Source: a virus
Lineage: Duplodnaviria; Caudoviricetes
IMG/VR virus record: IMGVR_UViG_3300026177_000194
Location: 26,026-90,025 of that record
Strand: one strand, 5' to 3'
Length of the DNA: 64,000 nucleotides
Shown: positions 20,201 through 28,918 of the stretch, one piece after another
Layout of the letters: every line of letters starts with the position of its first letter
Numbering within the stretch: position 1 is the first letter of the stretch
Notes under the pieces: generated by a model
What the model was told of the DNA's origin: nothing
The model's database searches: none
Seen by the model: the letters and a program-made list of their open reading frames with translations, nothing else
Made by a program: the position numbers and the translations under genes

Positions 20201-20462
20201 TTAATGTTTGACATAAAACAACATTCGTTAATAAATATTTTTCATTATCCAAACCATATTTTTCAAAATATTTTCTAAATAATTTTCCAGCTTTACCAAT
20301 TAATGGTCTTTCTTTTTCAATCTCGTCCTTACCTGGGTTCTCAGCTATAAAAATTATTTTAACCTCATTTAAATATGTAGCATTTGTTTCTAGAATACAA
20401 GATGGTTCTGAGAATAATGGACATCCTAAACAATCCGCAAAAGAGTTTTTAATACTAAACAA
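17226..20462 (-). CDS. Family B DNA polymerase with an N-terminal family-4 uracil-DNA glycosylase domain
   Basis: UDG: CLGC, AENPG, TNVVLC, ERCK, HPSY. Exonuclease: DIETY, FDMQY, YNINDV. Polymerase: DFTSLYPS, KILSNSLYG, GDTDS. Confidence 0.9.
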   Translation of the reverse strand: MFSIKNSFADCLGCPLFSEPSCILETNATYLNEVKIIFIAENPGKDEIEKERPLIGKAGKLFRKYFEKYGLDNEKYLLTNVVLCQTLNEDGTTGNPKPEVIERCKENCFKIIEECNPDLIVLMGASPVSAFGLLPKGAGVTNIRGEKFKWNNRDVFIMLHPSYINRVKTLESTFENDMKKVAELIGLNPTENNQKNLTSKTGIFYYKIPDKYYTSNYKLIDVQFLSKTNEVLYIFRDKNNKKEYYKTTDDYVCYQINDESKARKVVKYDELHQVKIPYKEKYSLNPKITYEGDIKITTKHAMDYYLLKKEEEPKVPSNIMFIDIETYSETRVNSSAHDANDPIAIIRYSYNGIKKSLVLDPKVLKITNQLIDTTNKEIVICNSEATLLTTFFNDVRNSECDVITGWYSNDFDMQYIINRSKKIRVDCTKMSKFGEADYNKYQFYPDAAGIVFLDMLELYKQFTFGGRESYSLDFIGNLELKKGKTDKGSNFSEMFRTDINKAILYNINDVDLLEELDYKLKHVFFQDELKRICKSTFKGSKSVLGQVDSTIVSFLKEKGYASKNAEIIDQDERFEGAYVQSPVVGIHDFVVDFDFTSLYPSLILTYNIGVNTFVMKFKDHQLGYDLAYNPDNLPEQIEVILDPTFEKKLVTVSKQQLLQKIKDSNLTHTINGCFFKSHDNELSFYAEVLEMLLGSRKIYKKKMFDALNKKDKDKEQLYDTRQNVMKILSNSLYGALGNKVFRFFNVDSARSITLSGQEAIKNVMISGENYIESKKNNKKFEYKPITKQQMFTDNMGVNFKHLITGDTDSVFLCYNSLISKEKSKEDILKFVNDLNKEVQNFLNGDIVKKIIAKHNVNENRNRLELKNELVIRRGLYLAKKRYSNYIISKENNPVDEIKSMGLEIKRSDFANTTKEYLKEVLELILKSEKLSLPPILEFVKEKEKLFAKLISEGHTIIGRPVSFSKKISEYKVLSQGVRGMLTWNDLEYKVFDVGSRGYLFKLKGIDLEKAPEEVRLNYDKHFLKKGVKLDIIVIPEEVEYVPNYYIIDVKTMLDFSWTDRYNLLLEPLLIKKQEILTF

Positions 20463-20486
20463 AAATAAACACTTCCTTTCATTCCA

Positions 20487-20560
20487 TATTTGTTATTTGT
20501 TCTTGGTTATAAAATAAAAATCATGTTAAAACAAAACTTCTACATATATTAAATTATAGA
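20487..20560. promoter_or_regulatory. Back-to-back promoter-like motifs (minus AGAACAAATAACAAATA; plus CTACATATATTAAATTATAGA)
   Basis: The same pairing occurs at the strand switches near 24.8, 34.8 and 39.3 kb. Confidence 0.6.
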
Positions 20561-20631
20561 AGGAAATAGAAATAATTTTTTTCTGTTTCAAAAACTAAAA
20601 ATTTTTCAAACTTTAAAAGGAGGAAGTAAAC

Positions 20632-21315
20632 ATGTATTTGCAAATGGAAGATGTAAAATGCGCAGAAAAAAATTTCAGTCTTGACAAGTTTAAAAATGGA
20701 TATGATGTTAATAAGGTAATGTCCCGTTTTCTAAAGGGAGACATTACCAGTTTATCTCGAATTTTTACAAAAAATAATTTATTGATTCATTTGATTGAAT
20801 CAAAGAATCTTCCAATGAATTTGGAAATCCCTGTCCGTAATCAATGTAAAGATTGTCATGGACGAGGATTTGAATTAATCCCATTTGCAACCGAAAAAGT
20901 AAAATGTGTGTTGCGTGTTTACAAGGATAAAAATGGAAAAGATGTATATGAAGGATGTAATGGTACTGGGTGGAAAATTGATAAATGTACAAGATGTAAT
21001 GGAACAGGAAAGATTGGAGAAAATCCATGTCCTACCTGTTGGGATAAAGTTAAAAAAAGAAGCCGTGGTACTTACATCTACAAGAAAACAGAAAATTTTC
21101 AAGGAAAAAAATGTTTGATATGTCAAGGAACCGGTGAAGTTAAAAAAGTTGTAAAACGAGAAACTAACATTTCTGACATGAAACTTTGTACAAAATGTAA
21201 TGGTTCAGGTATTAACGATAATATTGGTACCCCAGTTATTAAACCATCAGATTTACAAAAGATGGTTGATATTCAAGATCTTGTTAAAATCACAAATGAA
21301 GTATATGCAAGTTAA
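20632..21315 (+). CDS. DnaJ-type CxxCxGxG zinc-finger repeat protein without a J domain
   Basis: CKDCHGRG, GCNGTG, CTRCNGTG, CPTC, CLICQGTG, CTKCNGSG; no HPD motif; strong AGGAGG. Confidence 0.75.
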   Translation: MYLQMEDVKCAEKNFSLDKFKNGYDVNKVMSRFLKGDITSLSRIFTKNNLLIHLIESKNLPMNLEIPVRNQCKDCHGRGFELIPFATEKVKCVLRVYKDKNGKDVYEGCNGTGWKIDKCTRCNGTGKIGENPCPTCWDKVKKRSRGTYIYKKTENFQGKKCLICQGTGEVKKVVKRETNISDMKLCTKCNGSGINDNIGTPVIKPSDLQKMVDIQDLVKITNEVYAS

Positions 21316-21336
21316 GCAGTTTTAAGTTTTACATAC

Positions 21337-21389
21337 ACTTCAAAATCATGGAGATAATCTCTATTTTTGTGTCTCCATGATTTTGAAGT
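21337..21389. terminator. 18-bp perfect inverted repeat, bidirectional terminator
   Basis: 21337-21354 pairs with 21372-21389; the right arm lies within the last codons of the convergent 21361 ORF. Confidence 0.7.
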
Positions 21390-21891
21390 TATTTTTTAAA
21401 AATTCAGAAACTGTTTCTTTTTCTTTTTTTGTTGATTTTTTCATTCCTTTTTGTTTCTTAATTGTTTCTGGTTTTTCTAAACCTAACGAATAATATATAT
21501 CTTGTTTATTCTCCATTTTATCAACTATATCGCAAAGTAATGATATATCATGTTTTTTCATAATTGGAATCTTTTTTCTTAATGAATCAAAAAGTTTTGT
21601 ATTTTTAGTTCTAGGAATAAATGGTAAACTCTTTCTTTGAACTTTAAAATCAATAACACACTTCTTTATGAATTTCATTAATTCTTCTTTATCTAAATAA
21701 TATAACCCCATGTTATTGAAATACTCATCTAAATAATGATTTAACCTCCCTTGATTTAAAAACAGTGAAATCATGTATTGATGGTTGATAGGAGATTTAT
21801 AACTTAATAAATCGGGAATCCCATTTCCCGATGGGATCTTAGATTTGGGATTCCCGTCAAATAACCAATTATTGAATGTTTTATATGGCAT
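21361..21891 (-). CDS. Hypothetical protein (replication module)
   Basis: 176-aa ORF. Confidence 0.6.
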   Translation of the reverse strand: MPYKTFNNWLFDGNPKSKIPSGNGIPDLLSYKSPINHQYMISLFLNQGRLNHYLDEYFNNMGLYYLDKEELMKFIKKCVIDFKVQRKSLPFIPRTKNTKLFDSLRKKIPIMKKHDISLLCDIVDKMENKQDIYYSLGLEKPETIKKQKGMKKSTKKEKETVSEFLKNNFKIMETQK

Positions 21892-22585
21892 TGTTTTTAC
21901 CTGCTATAAAATTATCGATTTTATTTTTTACTAATTCAATATTTCTTAATTCGTTTTCCCAGATTATTAAAGTTTTATATCCAAATTTTGCATAAAAAAG
22001 AATTTTTTCTTCTTCATGTTCTTTATTAGTAGAATAATCTCCGTTTTTAACTCTTATTTTAGGACCATGCCAATGATCTCCAAAATGTTCTATTATTAAT
22101 TTATTATTAACATCAATAAAATCTGGATTTTTTCCTCCAATTTTTAACTTATTTTTATTTCCATAATAATCATTAAAAATGAAATTATTTGGAATTTTTT
22201 CTAATATTTGTTTAATAATTATTTCTGGTTTAGTTGGTTTTAATTTATTATTTTTTTCTTCTTTTATTTTATTATGTTTACTACCTCTTTCATAAAACAT
22301 TCTTCCAAGATTCGCCAATGTTTCTAAATCTGTATTTTTAAATCCTCTATTTAATGTATATAATTTAATATTTTTCTCATCATGTCTACTTTCTATAAAA
22401 TAAGTTAACATAGAATCTTCTGTAATTCTTCTCAATTCATCTCTTACTTTTTTAGGTTCCCATTTTATAAATTCAGATATTGCTGATGCAGATATATCAC
22501 AAAATTGTTGCAAACACCACAAAGTTCCTAAATATAATTTACCATCCCACGGATTTTTTTTATCTTTTTCTAACTTGCCATTCAT
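21881..22585 (-). CDS. Vsr/DUF559-like PD-(D/E)XK endonuclease, probably a homing endonuclease
   Basis: KPEIII...NPDF...IIEHFGDHWHG...GYKTLIIWENE. Confidence 0.7.
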   Translation of the reverse strand: MNGKLEKDKKNPWDGKLYLGTLWCLQQFCDISASAISEFIKWEPKKVRDELRRITEDSMLTYFIESRHDEKNIKLYTLNRGFKNTDLETLANLGRMFYERGSKHNKIKEEKNNKLKPTKPEIIIKQILEKIPNNFIFNDYYGNKNKLKIGGKNPDFIDVNNKLIIEHFGDHWHGPKIRVKNGDYSTNKEHEEEKILFYAKFGYKTLIIWENELRNIELVKNKIDNFIAGKNNAI

Positions 22586-23514
22586 TATTCTTCTTTCATC
22601 ACCTTAACAACATTCTCATAAAACTTCTCACACAATTCATTACACAACAATTCTTTTGGTGGTAACAAATCATCATGTAACACCGCCCAAATCTTCATAC
22701 TTAGATCATCATAATTATCATAAAGATATTCTTTTGGTAACAACTCTGGATATGAAAACTTATTAGGAGCTAACACTACAGTTCCATTCATAATTGATTC
22801 CATCGTGCTATATCCAAACGTTTCTTCTTTTGTAGTAATCAATAAAATTTTACCTGAACTAAGAAACTTATAATATTGTTCCCAATTACTACATTCTTTT
22901 CTTACAATATTTGAAAAATCTCTTTCAACCCAATCTTCTATAACTTGAGTTACTTTTTGAGGATTAGATCTAGCTACTGAGATTATTTCAAATTCTTTTT
23001 TTTCTCTAAAAGTTTCAAATGGTGGAAAAGGTAAACCAACAACTACTGTATTATCCCATTTTGTTCCCAATTTATCTTGATGATATTTACTTCCAATAAA
23101 AACTTTTTTAAACAATTTTGAATGTGCTGTTTCACAAGAAAATTTAATTGAATCAAAAATATCTAAATTATTTTTGGAAGTTGCATGACAGTATGCGAAG
23201 CAATTTTTTATCGGTTTATGATAAAGAACATTAGCAAAAAAACCAGGATAGGAAATATCCATGAACAAAAGAGTATCAGCTTCTTCTAGTTTTAAATTTA
23301 GATATTCATTAACTTGAAAAAATTCAAAATTAATTGATTCTTTTCTTGGAGCAAACAATCCTTCTTCATTATTCACTTTTGATTTGATATATGATTGTCC
23401 AATAATTATTACTTCATCATAATACTTACTAAACTCTTTTGGAAATTCACTATAAAAAAATTCTTGATATCTTAATTTAGATGGATATTGAGGAACAAAT
23501 ATTAATCTCGACAT
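22585..23514 (-). CDS. GT-B glycosyltransferase (GT4-like; possibly DNA-modifying)
   Basis: EETFGYSTMESIMNGTVVLAPNKFSYPE matches the EX7E motif. Confidence 0.7.
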   Translation of the reverse strand: MSRLIFVPQYPSKLRYQEFFYSEFPKEFSKYYDEVIIIGQSYIKSKVNNEEGLFAPRKESINFEFFQVNEYLNLKLEEADTLLFMDISYPGFFANVLYHKPIKNCFAYCHATSKNNLDIFDSIKFSCETAHSKLFKKVFIGSKYHQDKLGTKWDNTVVVGLPFPPFETFREKKEFEIISVARSNPQKVTQVIEDWVERDFSNIVRKECSNWEQYYKFLSSGKILLITTKEETFGYSTMESIMNGTVVLAPNKFSYPELLPKEYLYDNYDDLSMKIWAVLHDDLLPPKELLCNELCEKFYENVVKVMKEE

Positions 23515-23727
23515 TCACTAAATCCTTTCTTTCATTCTCTAAATACATAACATTTTTTCTTATCATCTAACTTTAACTTTTTTAATTCTCCATTCCAAGA
23601 TTTAATTGTTATTTCTTTTGAATCATGACTTTTTGAAATAACATTTAATTCATAATAACTCTTAACTCCAAACATGTTCTCTGCAAAAATTGACTCAATC
23701 ATAGAAAATAAGTTCCCCCCAGAAGTA

Positions 23728-23958
23728 TTATTTAATTCCTTGTTTAGTCCAATTATAAATCCCTATTGCGTCAAAACAAATTAAAACAAAATTCTGAATT
23801 AAGAAAAAATATTGCTCATTTATAATTGCAAAATAACTCCAAAAAACTCCTGCAACTATAAATATGTATAAACCAATTTTTCTTGGAATTGAAATATATA
23901 ATGCTGCAATAACTGTTAAAACAAAAGCTATAAATTCTACTACTTTCAAATAATCCAT
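23728..23958 (-). CDS. Small PnuC-like membrane protein
   Basis: Three hydrophobic segments ending IGIYNW. Confidence 0.5.
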   Translation of the reverse strand: MDYLKVVEFIAFVLTVIAALYISIPRKIGLYIFIVAGVFWSYFAIINEQYFFLIQNFVLICFDAIGIYNWTKQGIK

Positions 23959-24434
23959 TTACAATATCCCTCAAACAAATAATATTTCGCATCATATTTC
24001 CAAAGATTCTTTTGACTGGGATATATTTTCTCTAGAAGTCTTCTTTTTCCTTTAAAATCTTTTACTTCATGCATATATGGTGCCTGCATATTAATATTAT
24101 AAAAAATAACATTTTTAAATCCCTGTCTTAATAAATCCTCACCGTAAGCACCCCATTTTCTATGATCCGGATGGAACTCATATATCGGATCAGGAAAATA
24201 AAATAAATTTTTTGGATTTAAAAACATGGAGGGAATACTTTTTTGAAATAACTGAACTTGTATAGTTTCTATATGATTTTTTAGTTTTAATGCTTCTTGT
24301 TTTCTTTCTTCATCATCTTGCATATAAATAATAATTGGTTTTATCAATGGATTGGTTAAAACCTCATATGTTCCAATTATTTCATCGTCGAAATGTGGAG
24401 TTATAATTATTGTTTCTATCTTATTTTCCTGCAT
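23946..24434 (-). CDS. PIG-L/LmbE-family N-acetylglucosamine deacetylase
   Basis: PHFDDEIIG (H-x-D-D) and HPDH motifs. Confidence 0.75.
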   Translation of the reverse strand: MQENKIETIIITPHFDDEIIGTYEVLTNPLIKPIIIYMQDDEERKQEALKLKNHIETIQVQLFQKSIPSMFLNPKNLFYFPDPIYEFHPDHRKWGAYGEDLLRQGFKNVIFYNINMQAPYMHEVKDFKGKRRLLEKIYPSQKNLWKYDAKYYLFEGYCKWII

Positions 24435-24750
24435 TCAAAATCCTTTCTCTACATTCTGGACATCTTCTTTTTAGTTCTTCAATATTTTGTTCTGAGTCTA
24501 CACACCCTTCTTCCCACAATAAATTACAACAGTCTAATGGACTTTTATGGTTATAACCTCTTCTTATCATTTCTTCAGCTAGTTCATCATGCCTCTTTTG
24601 AATCTTATCAACTTCCACTAAACCTTTAGAAATATATCCTTTTAAACTAGTTCCTTTTTTAATACACCCAAGGAAAGAATGAGATTCGTTGTGTTCTCCT
24701 AATAAATGTTGTCTACATAAACATTTTGGGTCAACCATCCATTGACGCAT
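24421..24750 (-). CDS. denV: Pyrimidine-dimer DNA glycosylase (T4 endonuclease V-like)
   Basis: LCRQHLLGEHNE...RHDELAEEMIRRGYNHKSPL. Confidence 0.75.
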   Translation of the reverse strand: MRQWMVDPKCLCRQHLLGEHNESHSFLGCIKKGTSLKGYISKGLVEVDKIQKRHDELAEEMIRRGYNHKSPLDCCNLLWEEGCVDSEQNIEELKRRCPECRERILNAGK

Positions 24751-24880
24751 AAATTAACTATCTCTCCTTCTCTTTTATTATTTGTTCTGTTGATTTTGAA
24801 AAAATTCCTATTCATTATAGATTGAATTACTAAATATATTAATTTTTAGAAATAAAAATTTATTGAAAGGAGGTACGAAA

Positions 24881-24931
24881 ATGGATTACTATGTTGACAA
24901 AAGCGGCGTAGTAGTTTGGATTCGGAAATAG
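24881..24931 (+). CDS. 16-aa peptide ORF (MDYYVDKSGVVVWIRK)
   Basis: Follows the plus-strand promoter motif; AAGGAGG SD; followed by a 13-bp terminator hairpin (24951-24980). Confidence 0.45.
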   Translation: MDYYVDKSGVVVWIRK

Positions 24932-25012
24932 ATGAACTCACCATCAGCACAAAAAGAGAAGATATCTATCTTCTCTTTTTTTACTATATAACAAAAACAA
25001 AGGAGGAATAAT

Positions 25013-25333
25013 ATGAGGTGTTACCAGCACATTGGATTGACGGAGGAAGCGAAAGCTTTTTTACGAGAGAACGTTGAGATGATTCCAAACCAAGTTTGTC
25101 CAAAATGTGGAGAAGTTCTTTCCACAAAAATGAATTGTCGTATAATTCGACACCTCGAACTCTTTTATGATGACGGCCCATCCGAGTGTGAGTACAAGTT
25201 AAAAGATGGGACTACTTGTAGAGAAATTCTTCAAGCAGCGCCATGGAGTTCTGGACCAATGGGTTTTATGTGTCTTGAAACAGACAGTGGTTTGATATTT
25301 AAATGGTCGCAAGAAGAGATGAACGAATATTAA
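25013..25333 (+). CDS. Hypothetical protein (CPKC motif)
   Basis: 106 aa, AGGAGG SD. Confidence 0.65.
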   Translation: MRCYQHIGLTEEAKAFLRENVEMIPNQVCPKCGEVLSTKMNCRIIRHLELFYDDGPSECEYKLKDGTTCREILQAAPWSSGPMGFMCLETDSGLIFKWSQEEMNEY

Positions 25334-25343
25334 TCTCCTCTTT

Positions 25344-25377
25344 AAAAAATGAATGAGTATTAAATCATTCATTTTTT
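25344..25377. terminator. 13-bp inverted repeat, bidirectional terminator overlapping the thyX stop
   Basis: aaaaaatgaatga pairs with tcattcatttttt. Confidence 0.6.
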
Positions 25378-26720
25378 GTTTCAAAAATCTTTTCATATGT
25401 TTCTTTAAATTGATCTTTTCCACAACATAAGGACATTCCAGCTGGACAAACTTTTGATACTAGTTTATGCATCTCATTAGCTAATTCTCTAATTTCCCAT
25501 TGAGCATGATTATCCATTCTCATTCTGCAAAAATGATACATTTCTCTTAGATTAATTTTTACTTGAACAAATCTAGTATGAGAATTTGTCAAACAATATG
25601 GTGTTTCATATTTATCATAAAAATCATTAGTTTTATTAATAATTTCTCTAAATTTTTTTGTCATTTTTGTTTCTTGAACAGATTTAGGAATTACTATTGA
25701 ATGCCAAGTTTGATATGGTCTAGGGAGGATTGTCATCATTCTATGTCTTTTTAATTGTGCAAAACATGATGAACTAACTTGCAAAATAAATTGAAAATCA
25801 ATAACTTCAAATTCTCTAGGAGCAGAATCAAATGGTTCCATTCCTTTTAAACGTTCTAAAATAATATCGTTAGTTCGAGCTTTATCAAACATTAATCTTC
25901 CTGATCCAAAAGATTGAGCTAATTTATAATCTGCAAATTTTGGATAAGAAATCAATTGAACTTTCTTTCTGAACCATAATCTAGTTCTATCATAATCACT
26001 AGATTCAAATAACCTTCCTTTATTTTTAAATTCTAAAGTTGAAGGTTGAGTATATGGAAATAATGATGGGGTAATTTCATATACTTTATCGTATAACATT
26101 TTTGCTAATTGTCTTGCTTCTATATAAGGACATGCATTTAATCTTCTAATTAATAATTCTAGATTTCTTGCATTAATAGTCATTCCTAACTGTGTTTGAG
26201 TTGCCATAGAAATAATATATCTTGCATCTTCTTTAGCCCATCCTTCAACAGTTTTATAATCATTTTCATATTTTTCTGGATTATTCTTTTTAAAGTATTC
26301 TAATAGGACTGGGTATAATTCCTGATAAAAATTATTTTGTTCTTCAATTAAATTAACAAATTTATTTTTTGCTTTTTCATCTAATTCTAGAGGTATAGTG
26401 TAATCACCTTTAAATAATACATATCTTTGAGATTTTTCTGTGTACGATGCTAATCTGTGACTTTCAATTTCCTCTACTATAAATCTAGAGACTCCCATTA
26501 TATCTATATTAAACACAACATGTTCTGCAATAGAAGAATGACCTATCCCAAAAACAATATTTGTATTTGATTGTCTAGCTTTCTCAACATCTAATTTTGC
26601 TTCCTCTCTAATTTCTGGAATTGTTTTTTCACTTCTACTAGTTCTAGCATACGACGCAGAAATAACCTCTGGACTAAAACCGTCAACTGTTTTATTGTAT
26701 CCTGAAATAATAACTTCCAT
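25365..26720 (-). CDS. thyX: FAD-dependent thymidylate synthase, two-domain form
   Basis: GHSSIAEH...SHRLASYTEKSQRY...NARNL, then a second domain with QLKRHR...NLREMYHF...HAQWEIR. Confidence 0.85.
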   Translation of the reverse strand: MEVIISGYNKTVDGFSPEVISASYARTSRSEKTIPEIREEAKLDVEKARQSNTNIVFGIGHSSIAEHVVFNIDIMGVSRFIVEEIESHRLASYTEKSQRYVLFKGDYTIPLELDEKAKNKFVNLIEEQNNFYQELYPVLLEYFKKNNPEKYENDYKTVEGWAKEDARYIISMATQTQLGMTINARNLELLIRRLNACPYIEARQLAKMLYDKVYEITPSLFPYTQPSTLEFKNKGRLFESSDYDRTRLWFRKKVQLISYPKFADYKLAQSFGSGRLMFDKARTNDIILERLKGMEPFDSAPREFEVIDFQFILQVSSSCFAQLKRHRMMTILPRPYQTWHSIVIPKSVQETKMTKKFREIINKTNDFYDKYETPYCLTNSHTRFVQVKINLREMYHFCRMRMDNHAQWEIRELANEMHKLVSKVCPAGMSLCCGKDQFKETYEKIFETKNE

Positions 26721-26740
26721 ATCTAAAAATAAATCCTTTC

Positions 26741-27307
26741 TTATTCATTCAATCCTGATTCATAATGTAATTTTAAAATTACAAAAGGTTTTTTTACTAA
26801 TGAAAACTCAGATGCACATTGCAAAGCTTTTTCTACTCTTTTAATTGGATTCATATTCTTTTTTTCCATAGACCAAAAAGCTCCTAATGCAAAATCTTCT
26901 CCACATCCCGCTGCTTCATAATTTCTATTAGTTTCTAATATTTGAAAATTATCTTCAATTTTATAAATTTTTTGATTATATCCAACTAAAAAAGTTCCAG
27001 GTACAGTTATAGCATTATCTAACACATGAGCATATTTTTTATCTTCATATCTTGTCATTAATTTATCCATAAAAATTGAAATTAAATAGGTATAATCATC
27101 CATACCCTTCGGATGTACTGGAATATCAAAATCATATTGTAATATTTGACCCATTCTTAACCAGCCAGCAAATCCAAAAATCATATTACTTTTAATAAAT
27201 ACTTTTGGAACATTTAGAGTTATATAAGTATATTCATTAAAAGCTATTGAATCTCCACCCATAAAAATATTTCCAAAAGAATCTCGGTACGATGCGATGC
27301 AAGTCAT
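26741..27307 (-). CDS. HslV/proteasome-beta-like Ntn hydrolase
   Basis: N-terminal MTCI, GGDS, AAGCGEDFALGA. Confidence 0.7.
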   Translation of the reverse strand: MTCIASYRDSFGNIFMGGDSIAFNEYTYITLNVPKVFIKSNMIFGFAGWLRMGQILQYDFDIPVHPKGMDDYTYLISIFMDKLMTRYEDKKYAHVLDNAITVPGTFLVGYNQKIYKIEDNFQILETNRNYEAAGCGEDFALGAFWSMEKKNMNPIKRVEKALQCASEFSLVKKPFVILKLHYESGLNE

Positions 27308-27357
27308 TCGTCTACCTCCTCGTAAATTTCATCAAATAAACTAAATTGATTTGAATT

Positions 27358-28770
27358 GTCAATTACTATGGTTCTGAAGAACCATAGCTTGATACGAAGA
27401 TTGATTTTTAAAGAATCCTTATTCGTAATGGACTATTGACAAGTCCTCTAGACAATTTTTCAAAAATTTCATTTTTGAAATTTTGCTTACTTAAAAACTT
27501 TTTCATGATATTACAAGCACCATTAATATCAGAATTAACTAAAATGCCTTTTTCACTTTGAAAAAGACCTCTTTTGATTCTTTTACCTTTATAGTTATCA
27601 TGTTTGTGTATTTCTTCATTATCTAAAAAAGAGCATTTGGAGGTATACGATTCTTCTTGATATTCAATATTTATAGAATTCAAAAAACATTTATTTCTAA
27701 TTTTAGTACTTAATTTAGAAAATGGTATTTGTACAAAGTTTTGGTTGTTAATTTTTCCCATTTTAGAATTTCTTTGAATATCTTTTAAATCACCAATTAC
27801 AATATTACCAATTTCATTAGAAATACAGTATGTAATAATTTTATTAGTTACTAAATTTAAATATTCATTAACTATATTATTTCTTTTTTCTACAACATTG
27901 TACATTCTATTTGAATATCTTTTGGAATTTGGTTCTTGTTTATCAAGAATACTTTTTAACCTTGCTATTTCTTTATTGAATCCTTGGTTTATTGATTTTA
28001 GTTTTTTACCATCTATTATAAAAGATGTCCCTTCAGAATCAATACATGAAGCAAGATTAGATACTCCTAAATCTATACTCAGAAACTTATCTGGATTTAA
28101 ATGTTCATTTTTTATTTCCTTCTTTTTATAAGTGATATGTATTGTAAAATATTTTGCTTTTTGTCTTGGAACTATTTTAATTTCTTTAATGGAATTTTTA
28201 TCAATGTGTTTTGGAAGGTCAAAGAATAAAAATCTTTTACTAATATTAAATTTTTTTTTAAACTCACCAGTCATTGAAAGCCGAATTTTATTATCTATAA
28301 CTTGAAACATTTGTTTTTGCCAAATTATTGGATAATAAGAGTTTTTGTCTAAATACCCTGGTAAATTAACTTTACCCAAATCAATTCCTTCTTTCTTCTT
28401 TTTAACTAGTTCAAAAAAAGATCTAAATGAAAAATCAACAGATCTTAACACGTTTTGACCAATTTGAACTAAAAATTTATAATTTTCATTATATTTACAA
28501 TCATGGTAATTAGAAAAATAATTTGTATACTTTCCTTCAAATATAAATTTTTGTCTCACATTATAGACGCCTACATTGTACATATTCTTGCATAATCTTG
28601 ATAATAATACAAGAATCTCAAATGATTCTTTATCAATGTTCCTAAGCTTGTTGACTTGTGTAAGATACATTTTTCCTCTTATAATAATTATAGATTTAAT
28701 ATTTGTTCTAAACAAATCAGAAGATCGGTTCAAATTCATCTAAGGGTCTAAAGACCACTTAGTTTTCTTT
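27358..28770 (-). mobile_element. Non-autonomous IS200/IS605 element (TnpB only)
   Basis: Left-end hairpin ctaag-ggtc/gacc-cttag near 28740-28762; right-end hairpin ctatggttct/agaaccatag ending TTGAC at 27358; removing it joins the two flanks in frame. Confidence 0.75.
27408..28670 (-). CDS. tnpB: TnpB (IS605 OrfB), rearranged-RuvC type
   Basis: SIDLG; IVIGDL (Gly in place of the canonical Glu); QEESYTSKC; NSDINGA; start MYLTQ with AGAGG. Confidence 0.85.
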   Translation of the reverse strand: MYLTQVNKLRNIDKESFEILVLLSRLCKNMYNVGVYNVRQKFIFEGKYTNYFSNYHDCKYNENYKFLVQIGQNVLRSVDFSFRSFFELVKKKKEGIDLGKVNLPGYLDKNSYYPIIWQKQMFQVIDNKIRLSMTGEFKKKFNISKRFLFFDLPKHIDKNSIKEIKIVPRQKAKYFTIHITYKKKEIKNEHLNPDKFLSIDLGVSNLASCIDSEGTSFIIDGKKLKSINQGFNKEIARLKSILDKQEPNSKRYSNRMYNVVEKRNNIVNEYLNLVTNKIITYCISNEIGNIVIGDLKDIQRNSKMGKINNQNFVQIPFSKLSTKIRNKCFLNSINIEYQEESYTSKCSFLDNEEIHKHDNYKGKRIKRGLFQSEKGILVNSDINGACNIMKKFLSKQNFKNEIFEKLSRGLVNSPLRIRIL

Positions 28771-28908
28771 GACCGAATTATATAAATCTTCTGAACTTTG
28801 AAAACCTTTTGGATCTATTTTTAAAATGTTTCTGAAAATATTTCTTATCTCTTCATGAATACTGCAAATAGTAAAATATGGTTTACTATTAACATGAAAT
28901 TTTTTCAT
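28771..28908 (-). pseudogene. 5' part of a small ORF interrupted by the TnpB element (3' part at 27304-27357)
   Basis: MKKFHV...DLYNSV joins in frame to NSNQFSLFDEIYEEVDE*. Confidence 0.5.
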
Positions 28909-28918
28909 TTCATTATCC

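Noticed and set aside
10055-20462. Inteins or introns in the helicase or polymerase
   Set aside because: No C/S...HN-C/S/T splice motifs or LAGLIDADG blocks; the extra polymerase length is explained by the UDG domain.
24984-25423. Minus-strand ORFs 24984-25181 and 25199-25423
   Set aside because: They overlap the plus-strand 25013-25333 gene, which has an RBS, a promoter motif and a terminator.
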